Below are positions 30,008-38,547 of a DNA stretch of 41,442 nucleotides, one piece after another (positions within the stretch are counted from its first letter, which is position 1; each line of letters begins with the position of its first letter). The translations under genes were made by a program, and so were the position numbers. This DNA comes from an uncultured Candidatus Saccharibacteria bacterium. GTDB lineage: Bacteria > Patescibacteriota > Saccharimonadia > CAILAD01 > GCA-016700035. Where the stretch lies: assembly GCA_964432055.1 (NCBI GenBank), contig CAYSMD010000003.1, positions 1-41,442 of the forward strand. The letters run 5' to 3'. The notes beneath the pieces are model-generated. The model had not been told where the DNA came from and ran no database searches. It saw only the letters and a program-made list of their open reading frames with translations.

Positions 30008-31420
30008 ATGCGCAAACGAAGCGAATTACTGTTTAATCTACTTCTTGTGCCACTTGATGTGCTGGCTGTGCTGGCGAGCTTTGTGCTGGCTTATATTATT
30101 CGAGTGGAGTACACGCTCAAGCCAACTGTCTACCAGGTGCCAGGAAGAGAGTACGTATGGGCATTACTAGCGTTGCTACCGATATTGATCGCCTTCTTTG
30201 CGCTCGTTGGGCTCTATAACTTTGAATCGACGAGAAGCCGATGGCGAGAGTATGGAAAAGTCGTGATAGCCGTTTCGGCAAGTACGATGTTTCTCATAAT
30301 CGTCGACTTTTTCTCAATAAAACCTCTCTTTCCTTCGAAGGCGGTGGTTTTTTATGGGTTTGTGATCTCGATTTTGTCAGTAATATTGATGCGCTTCCTA
30401 GTGAACGTATTCCAAAGATGGCTATTCAGGTTTGGCATTGGTATTCGGCAGGTTGTGATGATTGGATCGGGCCAAGTTGCCGATGACATAACGTATTTTC
30501 TACAACGAAATAGTGGGTTTAGGCTAGTGCGGACAGTTCCGCGAAGCGCAAAAACAATCGATCAGCTCACAAGGCTCGTCAAGCGAAGGCACATTGATGA
30601 GCTTTATGTGGCAGATAGTGCGCCAAGTGAGCGGGATCAGATAGAGTATCTGAGCTTTGCGCATGAGAACCATATAATCTATAAATTTGTTCCGACGCTT
30701 GCAGCTTTGTACCATACCCGTACTCAATCCACGCTTCTGGCGGACTACCCGTTACTCGAGATTGTGCGCACACCTCTCGATGGATGGTGGCGGATATATA
30801 AGGGCCTCTTTGACTACGTGGGTGCTTTAGTAGGGCTGATTATCCTATCTCCACTGTTCTTAATTGTTGGACTGATCGTAAAGCTGACGGATGGTGGCAG
30901 TGTATTTTATCGACACCGGCGAATTGGTCGCCATGGTCGGCCAATTCAGGTGTGGAAATTTCGATCGATGCATATGAAGTATTCAACGGGTTCTGGGTTT
31001 AGCGGAAAAAGTGATGCAGAAATACTTGCAGAAATTGGCGATAAGCAGCTCGTCGAAGAATTTAAGAAGGAACAGAAACTCAAGAATGATCCGAGAGTCA
31101 CACCCATTGGTAATTTTCTGCGGAAGACGAGTCTTGATGAGCTGCCGCAGTTGATCAATGTGGTACGTGGAGAGTTGAGTCTTATTGGCCCACGCCCGGT
31201 TACCGAAGATGAGCTGAAGCGCTACCAAGAACATACACCGACCTTTCTCCTGATTAAGCCTGGAATGACCGGTTTATGGCAAGTCTCCGGTCGAAATGAT
31301 GTGTCCTTTGAAGAACGAATCAAACTCGATGTCTATTATGTCGAAAATTGGAGCGCTGGCATGGATTTGAGGATTCTGTGGCGTACAGTTGGCGTCGTTC
31401 TGCGACGAAAAGGGTACTAA
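30008..31420 (+). CDS. Polyprenyl-phosphate hexose-1-phosphate transferase (WbaP/EpsL-type bacterial sugar transferase)
   Basis: Four to five N-terminal TM helices. The C-terminal sugar-transferase domain carries VFYRHRRIGRHGRPIQVWKFRSM, LDELPQLINVVRGELSLIGPRP and GMTGLWQVSGRN. Confidence 0.88.
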   Translation: MRKRSELLFNLLLVPLDVLAVLASFVLAYIIRVEYTLKPTVYQVPGREYVWALLALLPILIAFFALVGLYNFESTRSRWREYGKVVIAVSASTMFLIIVDFFSIKPLFPSKAVVFYGFVISILSVILMRFLVNVFQRWLFRFGIGIRQVVMIGSGQVADDITYFLQRNSGFRLVRTVPRSAKTIDQLTRLVKRRHIDELYVADSAPSERDQIEYLSFAHENHIIYKFVPTLAALYHTRTQSTLLADYPLLEIVRTPLDGWWRIYKGLFDYVGALVGLIILSPLFLIVGLIVKLTDGGSVFYRHRRIGRHGRPIQVWKFRSMHMKYSTGSGFSGKSDAEILAEIGDKQLVEEFKKEQKLKNDPRVTPIGNFLRKTSLDELPQLINVVRGELSLIGPRPVTEDELKRYQEHTPTFLLIKPGMTGLWQVSGRNDVSFEERIKLDVYYVENWSAGMDLRILWRTVGVVLRRKGY

Positions 31421-31424
31421 TTAA

Positions 31425-32573
31425 GTGGCTCGTGCGATTCAGGATCTGAGAGTAGCAATCGTTCATGATTGGCTCACAAATATGGGTGGAGCCGAAAAAG
31501 TCGTTCTAAGTATGCTGAGGGCGTTCCCACAGGCTGATTTATATACGAGCGTGTATCATCCTGGGCGCATGCCAGAATTCGCAAAATATGATGTAAAAAC
31601 CTCCTTTTTGCAGAAGCTTCCGCTTGCGAAACAAAAGCACCAGTTATTCCCGACACTGCGGCGTTATGCATTCGAGTCTTTCAACTTCAGCCAGTACGAC
31701 GTTGTAATCACCTCGTCAACAGCCGAAGCAAAGGGGGTGATTACATCTGAATCCACCCTACATATCAGCTATATTAATACGCCGACCCGTTATTTTTGGA
31801 GTCACTACCAAGATTATCTGAAAAATCCAGGCTTTGGTTGGCTCAACCCCTTGGCACGTTGGCAGCTGAAGGCAAACCTTAAGTCTTCGCGTCGGTGGGA
31901 TTTTGCCGCCGCTCAGCGGGCAGATTATCTTTTAGGGAATTCGATCACAGTTCAGAAGCGGATCGAGAAGTATTATCGTCGGCCGGCAGATGTGTTGTAT
32001 CCATCGGTCGAAACAGACCGTTTTCAGACTGAGCGTGAGCGTCCGGCAGACGCACCAGATAAATATTTTGTGGTAGTTTCTCGACTGATCCCGTATAAGC
32101 GCTTTGACATCGCGGTTGAGGCTGCGACGCGCAACGATCAATCACTCATCGTATTGGGAAATGGCAGTGAATTATCACGCTTAAAGGCTATAGCTGGACC
32201 GCGTGTGCGCTTTCTGGGGCAGGCAAGTGATGAGGAATTAGAGGCCTATGTTCAACACGCAGAGGCGCTGATTTTTCCTGGACTCGAGGACTTTGGTATC
32301 GTGCCAGTTGAAGCGATGGCAGCAGGGACACCGGTGATCGCATTTGATCAGGGTGGCGCATCGGAGACGGTTGTCGATGGCGTGACCGGTGTATTGGTCA
32401 AGCAGCAAACAGCTGCCGCTTTTGCTGCTGTCATGCGTGATTTCCGGGCAGATGACTATGTGCCGTCAAAGATGAAAGCTAGGGCTCAAGAATTCTCTGA
32501 GGAAATATTTCAGCAGAAGCTGACGGGCTTAGTGAGGGACTTAATTGCAGGGCGTGCTCGATCGGTACAATAG
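31425..32573 (+). CDS. Glycosyltransferase, GT4 family (GT-B fold)
   Basis: C-terminal motif FPGLEDFGIVPVEAMAAGTPVIA (E-x7-E type). GTG start. Confidence 0.82.
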   Translation: MARAIQDLRVAIVHDWLTNMGGAEKVVLSMLRAFPQADLYTSVYHPGRMPEFAKYDVKTSFLQKLPLAKQKHQLFPTLRRYAFESFNFSQYDVVITSSTAEAKGVITSESTLHISYINTPTRYFWSHYQDYLKNPGFGWLNPLARWQLKANLKSSRRWDFAAAQRADYLLGNSITVQKRIEKYYRRPADVLYPSVETDRFQTERERPADAPDKYFVVVSRLIPYKRFDIAVEAATRNDQSLIVLGNGSELSRLKAIAGPRVRFLGQASDEELEAYVQHAEALIFPGLEDFGIVPVEAMAAGTPVIAFDQGGASETVVDGVTGVLVKQQTAAAFAAVMRDFRADDYVPSKMKARAQEFSEEIFQQKLTGLVRDLIAGRARSVQ

Positions 32574-32606
32574 AGTTCTGAGATCATGCTACTGGATATA
32601 TCGTGC

Positions 32607-32635
32607 AAAAAAGCCGCTTCGAGAGCGGCTTTTTA
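32607..32635. terminator. Bidirectional rho-independent terminator between the GT4 gene (+) and rplT (-)
   Basis: aaaaa-agccgct-tcgag-agcggct-ttttt. Confidence 0.85.
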
Positions 32636-32652
32636 TATAGAACAAGATCTGG

Positions 32653-32994
32653 CTAGCGAGTTTTTTCGACGACTGCCTTGAAGGCAGCTGGTTCACGAGC
32701 TGCGAGTTCGGCAAGCATCTTGCGGTTGAGCGTGATATTTGCACTTGAGAGCGCAGCAATGAGTTGCGAATAGGTGGTACCTTCTTCTCGTGCTGCCGCA
32801 TTAATGCGCTGGATCCAAAGAGACCGGAAATCGCGCTTCTTATTGCGACGATCGCGGTAGGAGTAGCTGAGTGCCTTGAGGACTGCCTCGTGTGCTTTTC
32901 TGTAGGAAGCACGTCGAGTATGTCCCATGCCCTTGGTCATTTTGAGGATTTTTTTATGACGCCGTCGAGCGGTTACTGATCGTTTGACGCGCAT
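32653..32994 (-). CDS. rplT: 50S ribosomal protein L20
   Basis: MRVKRSVTARRRHKKILKMTKGMGHTRRASYRKA...RDRRNKKRDFRSLWIQRINAA is canonical L20. Confidence 0.95.
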   Translation of the reverse strand: MRVKRSVTARRRHKKILKMTKGMGHTRRASYRKAHEAVLKALSYSYRDRRNKKRDFRSLWIQRINAAAREEGTTYSQLIAALSSANITLNRKMLAELAAREPAAFKAVVEKTR

Positions 32995-33191
32995 TACTTC
33001 ACTCCCAACATTCGCTTAATTGTGCGAACATTCGTTGCATTGACGGCCTGCTCTTTCGTGTAGGCACGTTTTTGCGCCCCGCCTTTGCCGATGAGCTTGT
33101 GGGCTCGAGCAGCATTGCGACGGAGAAGGGTGCCGCGCGCTGTAATCTTGAAGCGCTTGGCGGCAGTTTTTCGAGTCTTAACTTTTGGCAT
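32994..33191 (-). CDS. rpmI: 50S ribosomal protein L35
   Basis: MPKVKTRKTAAKRFKITARGTLLRRNAARAHKL is canonical L35. Its stop overlaps the rplT start. Confidence 0.93.
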   Translation of the reverse strand: MPKVKTRKTAAKRFKITARGTLLRRNAARAHKLIGKGGAQKRAYTKEQAVNATNVRTIKRMLGVK

Positions 33192-33702
33192 CTTTTTTCC
33201 TTGCTAATACTACGGACAGTTCTCGACCGCTCATAGAAATTGGTTGTTCTATCGTAGCCTCGTCGGTGAGCTGGGCAGTGAATCTTTCGAGTACACCACG
33301 TCCCAATTCAGGGTGGGTAATCTCGCGTCCACGGAAGCGGAGGTTGATTCTTACCTTGTGGCCCTGATCAAGAAACTTACGTGCGGCCTTCGTCTTTACT
33401 TCGATATCATGTGTATCGGTCTTCAGGCCAACGCGGACTTGCTTGATGTCGACTTGCTTCTGATTGCGTCTGGCTTTTTGCAGGTGTTTATCCTGCTCGT
33501 AACGATACTTTCCCCAGTCGATGACGCGAACGACGGGGGGAGTAGCTTGAGGAGCAACTTCGACCAGGTCGAGGCCTGCGTCTTCAGCTGCTTGGCGGGC
33601 CTCTGCTAGAGAGACGACACCGAGCTGTTCTGAATTCGCACCAATTAGACGGACGGACGATGCCGTGATCTGGTGATTGATGCGTACGCGTTTCTGACTA
33701 AT
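33178..33702 (-). CDS. infC: Translation initiation factor IF-3, with a non-canonical ATT (AUU) start; not in the supplied ORF track
   Basis: Manual minus-strand translation gives 174 aa: ISQKRVRINHQITASSVRLIGANSEQLGVVSLAEARQAAEDAGLDLVEVAPQATPPVVRVIDWGKYRYEQDKHLQKARRNQKQVDIKQVRVGLKTDTHDIEVKTKAARKFLDQGHKVRINLRFRGREITHPELGRGVLERF... An in-frame TGA lies 33 nt upstream of the ATT, and no ATG, GTG or TTG lies in between. The position upstream of rpmI-rplT is the conserved one. Confidence 0.88.
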   Translation of the reverse strand: MSQKRVRINHQITASSVRLIGANSEQLGVVSLAEARQAAEDAGLDLVEVAPQATPPVVRVIDWGKYRYEQDKHLQKARRNQKQVDIKQVRVGLKTDTHDIEVKTKAARKFLDQGHKVRINLRFRGREITHPELGRGVLERFTAQLTDEATIEQPISMSGRELSVVLARKKDAKS

Positions 33703-33759
33703 GCTACCTGTACTCCCGTTCGTTTGTATTGCCCATCATACCACTGAATTCCAGATAAA

Positions 33760-34599
33760 TCAATATTTACCGACCAAGTTTTTCTCGGTTATCACTCGGA
33801 TGGCAAAATCGGCTGCTTCGATCGTGCAGTGGGCGGGGATTTCTCGGTTAAAGTGCGCGCTAAATAGGTGCTGAGGGGCATGAATTGAGGCTGTACTCAT
33901 TAAGACCTGAAACGACTTTGCAGGTTTATTGCTGCTTGATTGCTTGAGGCTTTCAACTTCTTTCTGAGTAAGTAAAGTATCCGTATTCTTCGTTACTTTA
34001 GAAGTGGAAATGCCCGCGATTGTCAGATTGGCAGACGATGTATCGCTCAGCTGGATGGAGTCATTAACAGTTATTTCTAACGATTCTATTGGTGCTCGTA
34101 AGGCGAAATTACTACCTCGTGGCGTCTGGATGAGGAGACGTGTGTTTTCGAGATGATGTGCATCATGTATCGAAAGGGAGAGTGAGTGCGTGAACCAGAT
34201 CTCTTTTGAGCAAGTAAATGCTGGCTTCTCGACGATCTTACGCTGGGCTATGAGGGCATAGGCACTCTTTAGGTGGCGGAGTGAGTAGGCTGCTGGAAGG
34301 CGCTGCGAGATAAGGGTAGGGAGTTTCGTGGGCTGGATATGGCCAAAGATCGGCGGCTTGTTGCCGTGCTGCACATATGACCTACACATTTCCGAGATTA
34401 CTCGATCGTACCAGTCGAAGCCACCATAGGCGATTACGGTTGTTGTATTTTGATTCAGGGCGGCTTGCACGCTAGTCTCTAGGCTTGAGGCAATAGAGAC
34501 GATTACTTCCAGGCGAGCCTCCTTAGCTGCACTATAGAGATCTCGTTCGATGTTCGGGAGGGATTCAGCTAGGGCAGGATCAACGATGACGCTATTCAT
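33760..34599 (-). CDS. Hypothetical protein, possibly a DAG-kinase/YegS-like fold with a degenerate catalytic motif
   Basis: VIVDPA...TTTVIAYGGFDWYDRVISEM sits where lipid kinases carry GGDGT. There is an 8-nt overlap with the upstream bactofilin gene. The family assignment is weak. Confidence 0.35.
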   Translation of the reverse strand: MNSVIVDPALAESLPNIERDLYSAAKEARLEVIVSIASSLETSVQAALNQNTTTVIAYGGFDWYDRVISEMCRSYVQHGNKPPIFGHIQPTKLPTLISQRLPAAYSLRHLKSAYALIAQRKIVEKPAFTCSKEIWFTHSLSLSIHDAHHLENTRLLIQTPRGSNFALRAPIESLEITVNDSIQLSDTSSANLTIAGISTSKVTKNTDTLLTQKEVESLKQSSSNKPAKSFQVLMSTASIHAPQHLFSAHFNREIPAHCTIEAADFAIRVITEKNLVGKY

Positions 34600-34972
34600 G
34601 TGCTGCTAAACCTGTTGATTGATGAGCTGGCTGTTTTATTCGTGCATTCACGATAGCACCACTTTCTATGCTGATTTTTGGGGTAATCACGTAGCCATGA
34701 ATATTTGATGATTTTTTTACAACAAGGTTTTCGTGAGTAGCTATCTCCCCATCTGTGGTTCCCAGTATCGTCGCATTGCGTGCTGTAAGGTTGCCCTTCA
34801 AAACTCCATTTTCGGTGATTTCGCAGAATCCGGTCGTAACGATATTGCCATCGAATCTGCCGTCAACTATGACGTCTTCGGTCTCATTGAGATTGCCTTT
34901 TACTTCTGTATTCGCGGAGAAGTAAAAGCCGGCCATCTGCCGATAGTCGAAGGGGGAGCGTTTAGCGGGCAT
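34592..34972 (-). CDS. Bactofilin-family cytoskeletal protein
   Basis: 126 aa of repetitive beta-helix-type sequence typical of DUF583: VKGNLNETEDVIVDGRFDGNIVTTGFCEITENGVLKGNLTARNATILGTTDGEI...IHGYVITPKISIESGAIVNARI. Confidence 0.75.
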   Translation of the reverse strand: MPAKRSPFDYRQMAGFYFSANTEVKGNLNETEDVIVDGRFDGNIVTTGFCEITENGVLKGNLTARNATILGTTDGEIATHENLVVKKSSNIHGYVITPKISIESGAIVNARIKQPAHQSTGLAAHE

Positions 34973-35441
34973 GGGTTTGTCGGGAGTCTGATTTCAGGGC
35001 TTTCGTGAGTGCGGCTGACTCTTCGTCCGAAAGGTTATGCGAGCTGTGGCCAGCTTGGATCTGCTTTGCGTAGACACGTGTACCGGTTCGGGCATGAATA
35101 CTCGATAGGATGTATCCACTGCCATGATCATCAATGATTGCTAGGCAGAAACTTTGATCGCCACCCGTGTCGTTGAAGGGATTGAAGCGCACAAAGCCAA
35201 TTCTTGTTCCGGCGTTTCGCGCAAGATCATTTGTGAGCCTTAAGTCATGCTCGAGCTTTTTGATTGAGCCCGACTGTTCTTTTACTGCCTGGGCATACTG
35301 ATTGAGGGCTCGCATAACGGGCTGGGGCTGCGTTCCTTGGAAGAATATTCCAAACTGGCGCTCGATGGTACGCACGCGATAGTATAGCCAGCCGCTGACA
35401 GCGACTAAGATAATTGCAATTACGATGAGAAAAACTTCCAT
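34962..35441 (-). CDS. DUF4446-family membrane-anchored protein
   Basis: N-terminal TM VFLIVIAIILVAVSGWLYY, then GFVRFNPFNDTGGDQSFCLAIIDDHGSGYILSSIHARTGTRVYAK, which is characteristic of DUF4446 (from memory). Confidence 0.65.
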   Translation of the reverse strand: MEVFLIVIAIILVAVSGWLYYRVRTIERQFGIFFQGTQPQPVMRALNQYAQAVKEQSGSIKKLEHDLRLTNDLARNAGTRIGFVRFNPFNDTGGDQSFCLAIIDDHGSGYILSSIHARTGTRVYAKQIQAGHSSHNLSDEESAALTKALKSDSRQTHAR

Positions 35442-35610
35442 GAACAGGCTACCCCTCTAATCTGTAGACATTATAGCTTCCAGAAGAAACTATTGGCAAG
35501 GATAGGGTCATCTGGCGGTATGCGGTAAGATAGACTATGTAATCAAGTTACTCGATAGGGTATTGTAGTGAATAGCCCAATCGACTTACATACATGAAGA
35601 GGAGACAGTC

Positions 35611-35934
35611 ATGGCACAAAAGCGCAAACGGCATCTGCGCTATCAGCAGAAGAAGGGCAAGACAGTAGCTACTGGTTCAGGAGCAGACTCTGAAGCGGTA
35701 GTAGATGAGTCTGTTTCGAGTCATCAGACTGACGCCCCACAGAAGCGTACGGCAGAGGCTAAAGTGTTCACGAAGTTACCAGAGAGCGAAACTCGGTTTA
35801 TTCGAAAAGAGTTAGTATATATTGCTTTAGTTGCGCTCGCGGTGATCGTTGTCTACGTCGGTATTTTTATAGTATTCCGGACTACTCAACTGGATGAGTG
35901 GCTGAACTCACTTATACAGCTTGGCTCAAAGTAG
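35611..35934 (+). CDS. Small tail-anchored membrane protein, hypothetical
   Basis: 107 aa. The N-terminal half is basic and disordered. There is a single TM, LVYIALVALAVIVVYVGIFIVF. SD gaggag lies upstream. The 3' end overlaps the convergent comM gene by 23 nt. Confidence 0.5.
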   Translation: MAQKRKRHLRYQQKKGKTVATGSGADSEAVVDESVSSHQTDAPQKRTAEAKVFTKLPESETRFIRKELVYIALVALAVIVVYVGIFIVFRTTQLDEWLNSLIQLGSK

Positions 35935-37453
35935 TTGTTTGTTCCGCCTCCCGGAACTGTAGGGCTTCAGCGATGTGCTCGACCTCGATGATGTCGCAAC
36001 CGTCGAGGTCGGCGATCGTGCGCGCGGTTTTTATTGCTCTGGTGATTGCGCGCTGTGTGAAGCGCTGCCTAGCCAGGGCGGTGTCTATCAGAGTTTTGGC
36101 TGCTGCCGATGCTCTACAGTATTCACGGAGCTTATCGGTAGGTATGGAACGGTTTGTTGAAAAATCTTCATTTGCAAATCTGTGGTTTTGACGATCTCTC
36201 GCGTCTTGAACCTGCTCGAGAAGCCGTTTTGAAGTGATCATATCTCCTTTGTGCTCATATGGGCTTAGCTGACTTGGCTCACGTATCACGCAGTGTAGGT
36301 CAAAGCGATCCAGCAGAGGTCCTGAAAGCTTGGCTTGATACCTATGAATTGATGCGGTTGAACAGTCACATCGGCCGTTAGTGCTACCTACGAAGCCACA
36401 TGGGCATGGGTTTGATGCTGCAATCAGCATGAATTGTGCCGGGAGCTCTACGGCAGCCTGTGACCGTGAAATGTGCACTGTTCCATCCTCGATAGGCTGG
36501 CGAAGTGATTCAAGTGTCGCTCGCTGAAACTCGGCTAGTTCGTCCAAAAAGAGGACGCCACGATGGGCGAGACTTATCTCGCCAGGCTTTGGGTGTGTTC
36601 CGCCGCCAATAATTGCTACAGCACTGGCGGTGTGATGCGGTGATCGAAAGGGCGGTATGAGATCGTTTATGTCTTGCGAAGAAGTATCTGCTCGTAAGCT
36701 GTGGAGATAGGCGACCTCACGTGCCTCATCGAGAGATAGTCTTGGTAGAATTCCTGGCATCGCCTGAGCTAAGAGCGTCTTCCCGCTGCCGGGTGGCCCG
36801 CTGAGAAGTAGATTGTGGCTCCCGGCAGCGGCAATCGAGCAGGCTCGCTTTGCTTTTTCTAGGCCCCGTATTGTAGAAAAGTCAACATAGCTTGGTGATT
36901 TTTCGGTGGGTTTATCGATATAGCGATATTTACTGAGGGGTGTGGCTCCCAAAAGCCAATCGTACGTCTCGCGCAAGGTTGAAGCGACATAGACATCGAG
37001 ATTTTGAATGAAGTCTTTCGGTGGGATCTTGCTTCCCTTAGGCACTATGATTGTCCGAAAGCCCGAATCTGCCGCAGCCAGGACTGACGCATACGTGTCA
37101 TTCGTCGGCATTAGCCGCCCGTTGAGAGAGAGTTCGCCGACGAAGCATGTGTCGGCTAGAGGTCCAGGTATTTGTTTGCTAGCGACGAGTATGCCAACCG
37201 CCATTCCAAGATCGAAGCTCGTCCCGTGTTTGGCGAGATCAGCAGGCGACAGGTTGATGACGATTTTTCGAGCAGGAAATGTGAGCCCGGAGTTTTTTAT
37301 GGCGCTACGAACGCGCTCACGTGCTTCCTCGATGCTTTTTGACGCTAGCCCTACGAGAGACATCCCGGGCAGGCCAGCAGACAAGTCAGTTTCGAGTGTT
37401 ACTTTGTAGGGCTTAGCCCCGATATGAGTGAGTGTGTGAATGTGGGATAGCAT
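35912..37453 (-). CDS. comM: YifB/ComM-family Mg-chelatase-like AAA+ ATPase
   Basis: The N-terminal Lon-like domain is VTLETDLSAGLPGMSLVGLASKSIEEARERVRSAIKNSG. Walker A is LLLSGPPGSGKT and Walker B is VLFLDELAEF. The zinc-cluster region CPCGFVGSTNGRCDCS is present. Confidence 0.9.
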   Translation of the reverse strand: MLSHIHTLTHIGAKPYKVTLETDLSAGLPGMSLVGLASKSIEEARERVRSAIKNSGLTFPARKIVINLSPADLAKHGTSFDLGMAVGILVASKQIPGPLADTCFVGELSLNGRLMPTNDTYASVLAAADSGFRTIIVPKGSKIPPKDFIQNLDVYVASTLRETYDWLLGATPLSKYRYIDKPTEKSPSYVDFSTIRGLEKAKRACSIAAAGSHNLLLSGPPGSGKTLLAQAMPGILPRLSLDEAREVAYLHSLRADTSSQDINDLIPPFRSPHHTASAVAIIGGGTHPKPGEISLAHRGVLFLDELAEFQRATLESLRQPIEDGTVHISRSQAAVELPAQFMLIAASNPCPCGFVGSTNGRCDCSTASIHRYQAKLSGPLLDRFDLHCVIREPSQLSPYEHKGDMITSKRLLEQVQDARDRQNHRFANEDFSTNRSIPTDKLREYCRASAAAKTLIDTALARQRFTQRAITRAIKTARTIADLDGCDIIEVEHIAEALQFREAEQTTTLSQAV

Positions 37454-37513
37454 GTCTGTAGTCAGTTATACGAACACAATACCGAACAAATTATGAGCGT
37501 GCAAGCATGGGAG

Positions 37514-38512
37514 TTATTGAGCGGAGCGATACCAACCGGCGGCTGATTCTGGCGGAATCGTATTGATAATCATTCCGGTTGTCACCTCGAGCCCTCCCCA
37601 GGGCGATACGACATTGCGACCACGAATCTTGAGACTAAGTCTCTGGTGATGGGATATACCCTCTTCAACTGAGAGGTTGAAGTTAATATCGTTTTCGTTT
37701 AGCCGACTTGTGAGCTGAGTAAGTAGGGGCGCAAGTAGCTTTATTTCATCTGGAGTTACGCTACTAAGGTCTTGCATGGAGCGCTTGGGGAGTACCCACG
37801 CCTCCATCTGCCATAGAGCAGCATAGGGTGCGAAAGAGATCCAGCTGTCATTTTCTGCAATGACTCGTAGCTTCTCTCGTTGTTCGAACTTGATAATGTC
37901 GTCGTAAGGGTCGCGACTATTCTCCGCGGCGAGTGCTTCAATAGTTACTGACTCTTGTCGCATGCGAGGGGGGATAATGGGGAGTGCGAAGATCTGAGAG
38001 TGGGCGTGCGCAAGCGAGGCGCCAGCTTCAAACCCGTCATTACGAAAGATACTCACATACTGAATATGTGGGAGCTCACGAAGGGCCTTAGATCTCGCCT
38101 GATAGGTGAGTAGTACTTTCTCGATCTGCTCAGGGGGTAATTCGCCAAAAGCCGTGTTTGCAAGCGGCGTATCGATCACGATCTCTTGCTTGCCATAGGC
38201 GTTAGGGTTCTCTAGGGTGAGCGCGGGAAATTTATTCTCGACCACTTTGACCGCCCAGCCATCACCGTCATCTTCAGGGTAGGTGTAGACTTCAGCTTGG
38301 AGGTCAAGTCTTGGTGAGCTCGCAGTCTCTATGAGCGGATGGTCGTTCAGGGCAGCATCATAAGGGCGATTTGCACGTTTTGGTGCAATCAGGACGTAAT
38401 AGTCGTGAATGTAGTCGCGTCTGATCTCGGTCTCAACCCCGGTGGTGTCTAACTGCAGTCGGTGGTGAGCAGAGTGGATCTCGGGAAGTGAATTTGGCAT
38501 ATCCATACTCAC
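37514..38512 (-). CDS. Galactose-1-phosphate uridylyltransferase-like (GalT / HIT-superfamily nucleotidyltransferase)
   Basis: The active-site-like motif is SLAHAHSQIFALP (H-x-H-x-Q, compare GalT HPHGQ). The N-terminal half-domain carries YYVLIAPKRANRPYD. Confidence 0.65.
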   Translation of the reverse strand: MSMDMPNSLPEIHSAHHRLQLDTTGVETEIRRDYIHDYYVLIAPKRANRPYDAALNDHPLIETASSPRLDLQAEVYTYPEDDGDGWAVKVVENKFPALTLENPNAYGKQEIVIDTPLANTAFGELPPEQIEKVLLTYQARSKALRELPHIQYVSIFRNDGFEAGASLAHAHSQIFALPIIPPRMRQESVTIEALAAENSRDPYDDIIKFEQREKLRVIAENDSWISFAPYAALWQMEAWVLPKRSMQDLSSVTPDEIKLLAPLLTQLTSRLNENDINFNLSVEEGISHHQRLSLKIRGRNVVSPWGGLEVTTGMIINTIPPESAAGWYRSAQ

Positions 38513-38547
38513 TCTATGATATCTGAATCAAGCCAAAAACGTAAGCG

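Noticed and set aside
33244-33609. 121-aa + strand ORF in the otherwise empty region upstream of rpmI
   Set aside because: It lies antisense to a clear IF-3 coding sequence (infC, ATT start), and its own translation has no recognisable features.
35898-37409. + strand ORFs of 97, 61 and 133 aa inside the comM region
   Set aside because: They are antisense to a well-supported 513-aa ComM/YifB CDS, and they have no motifs.
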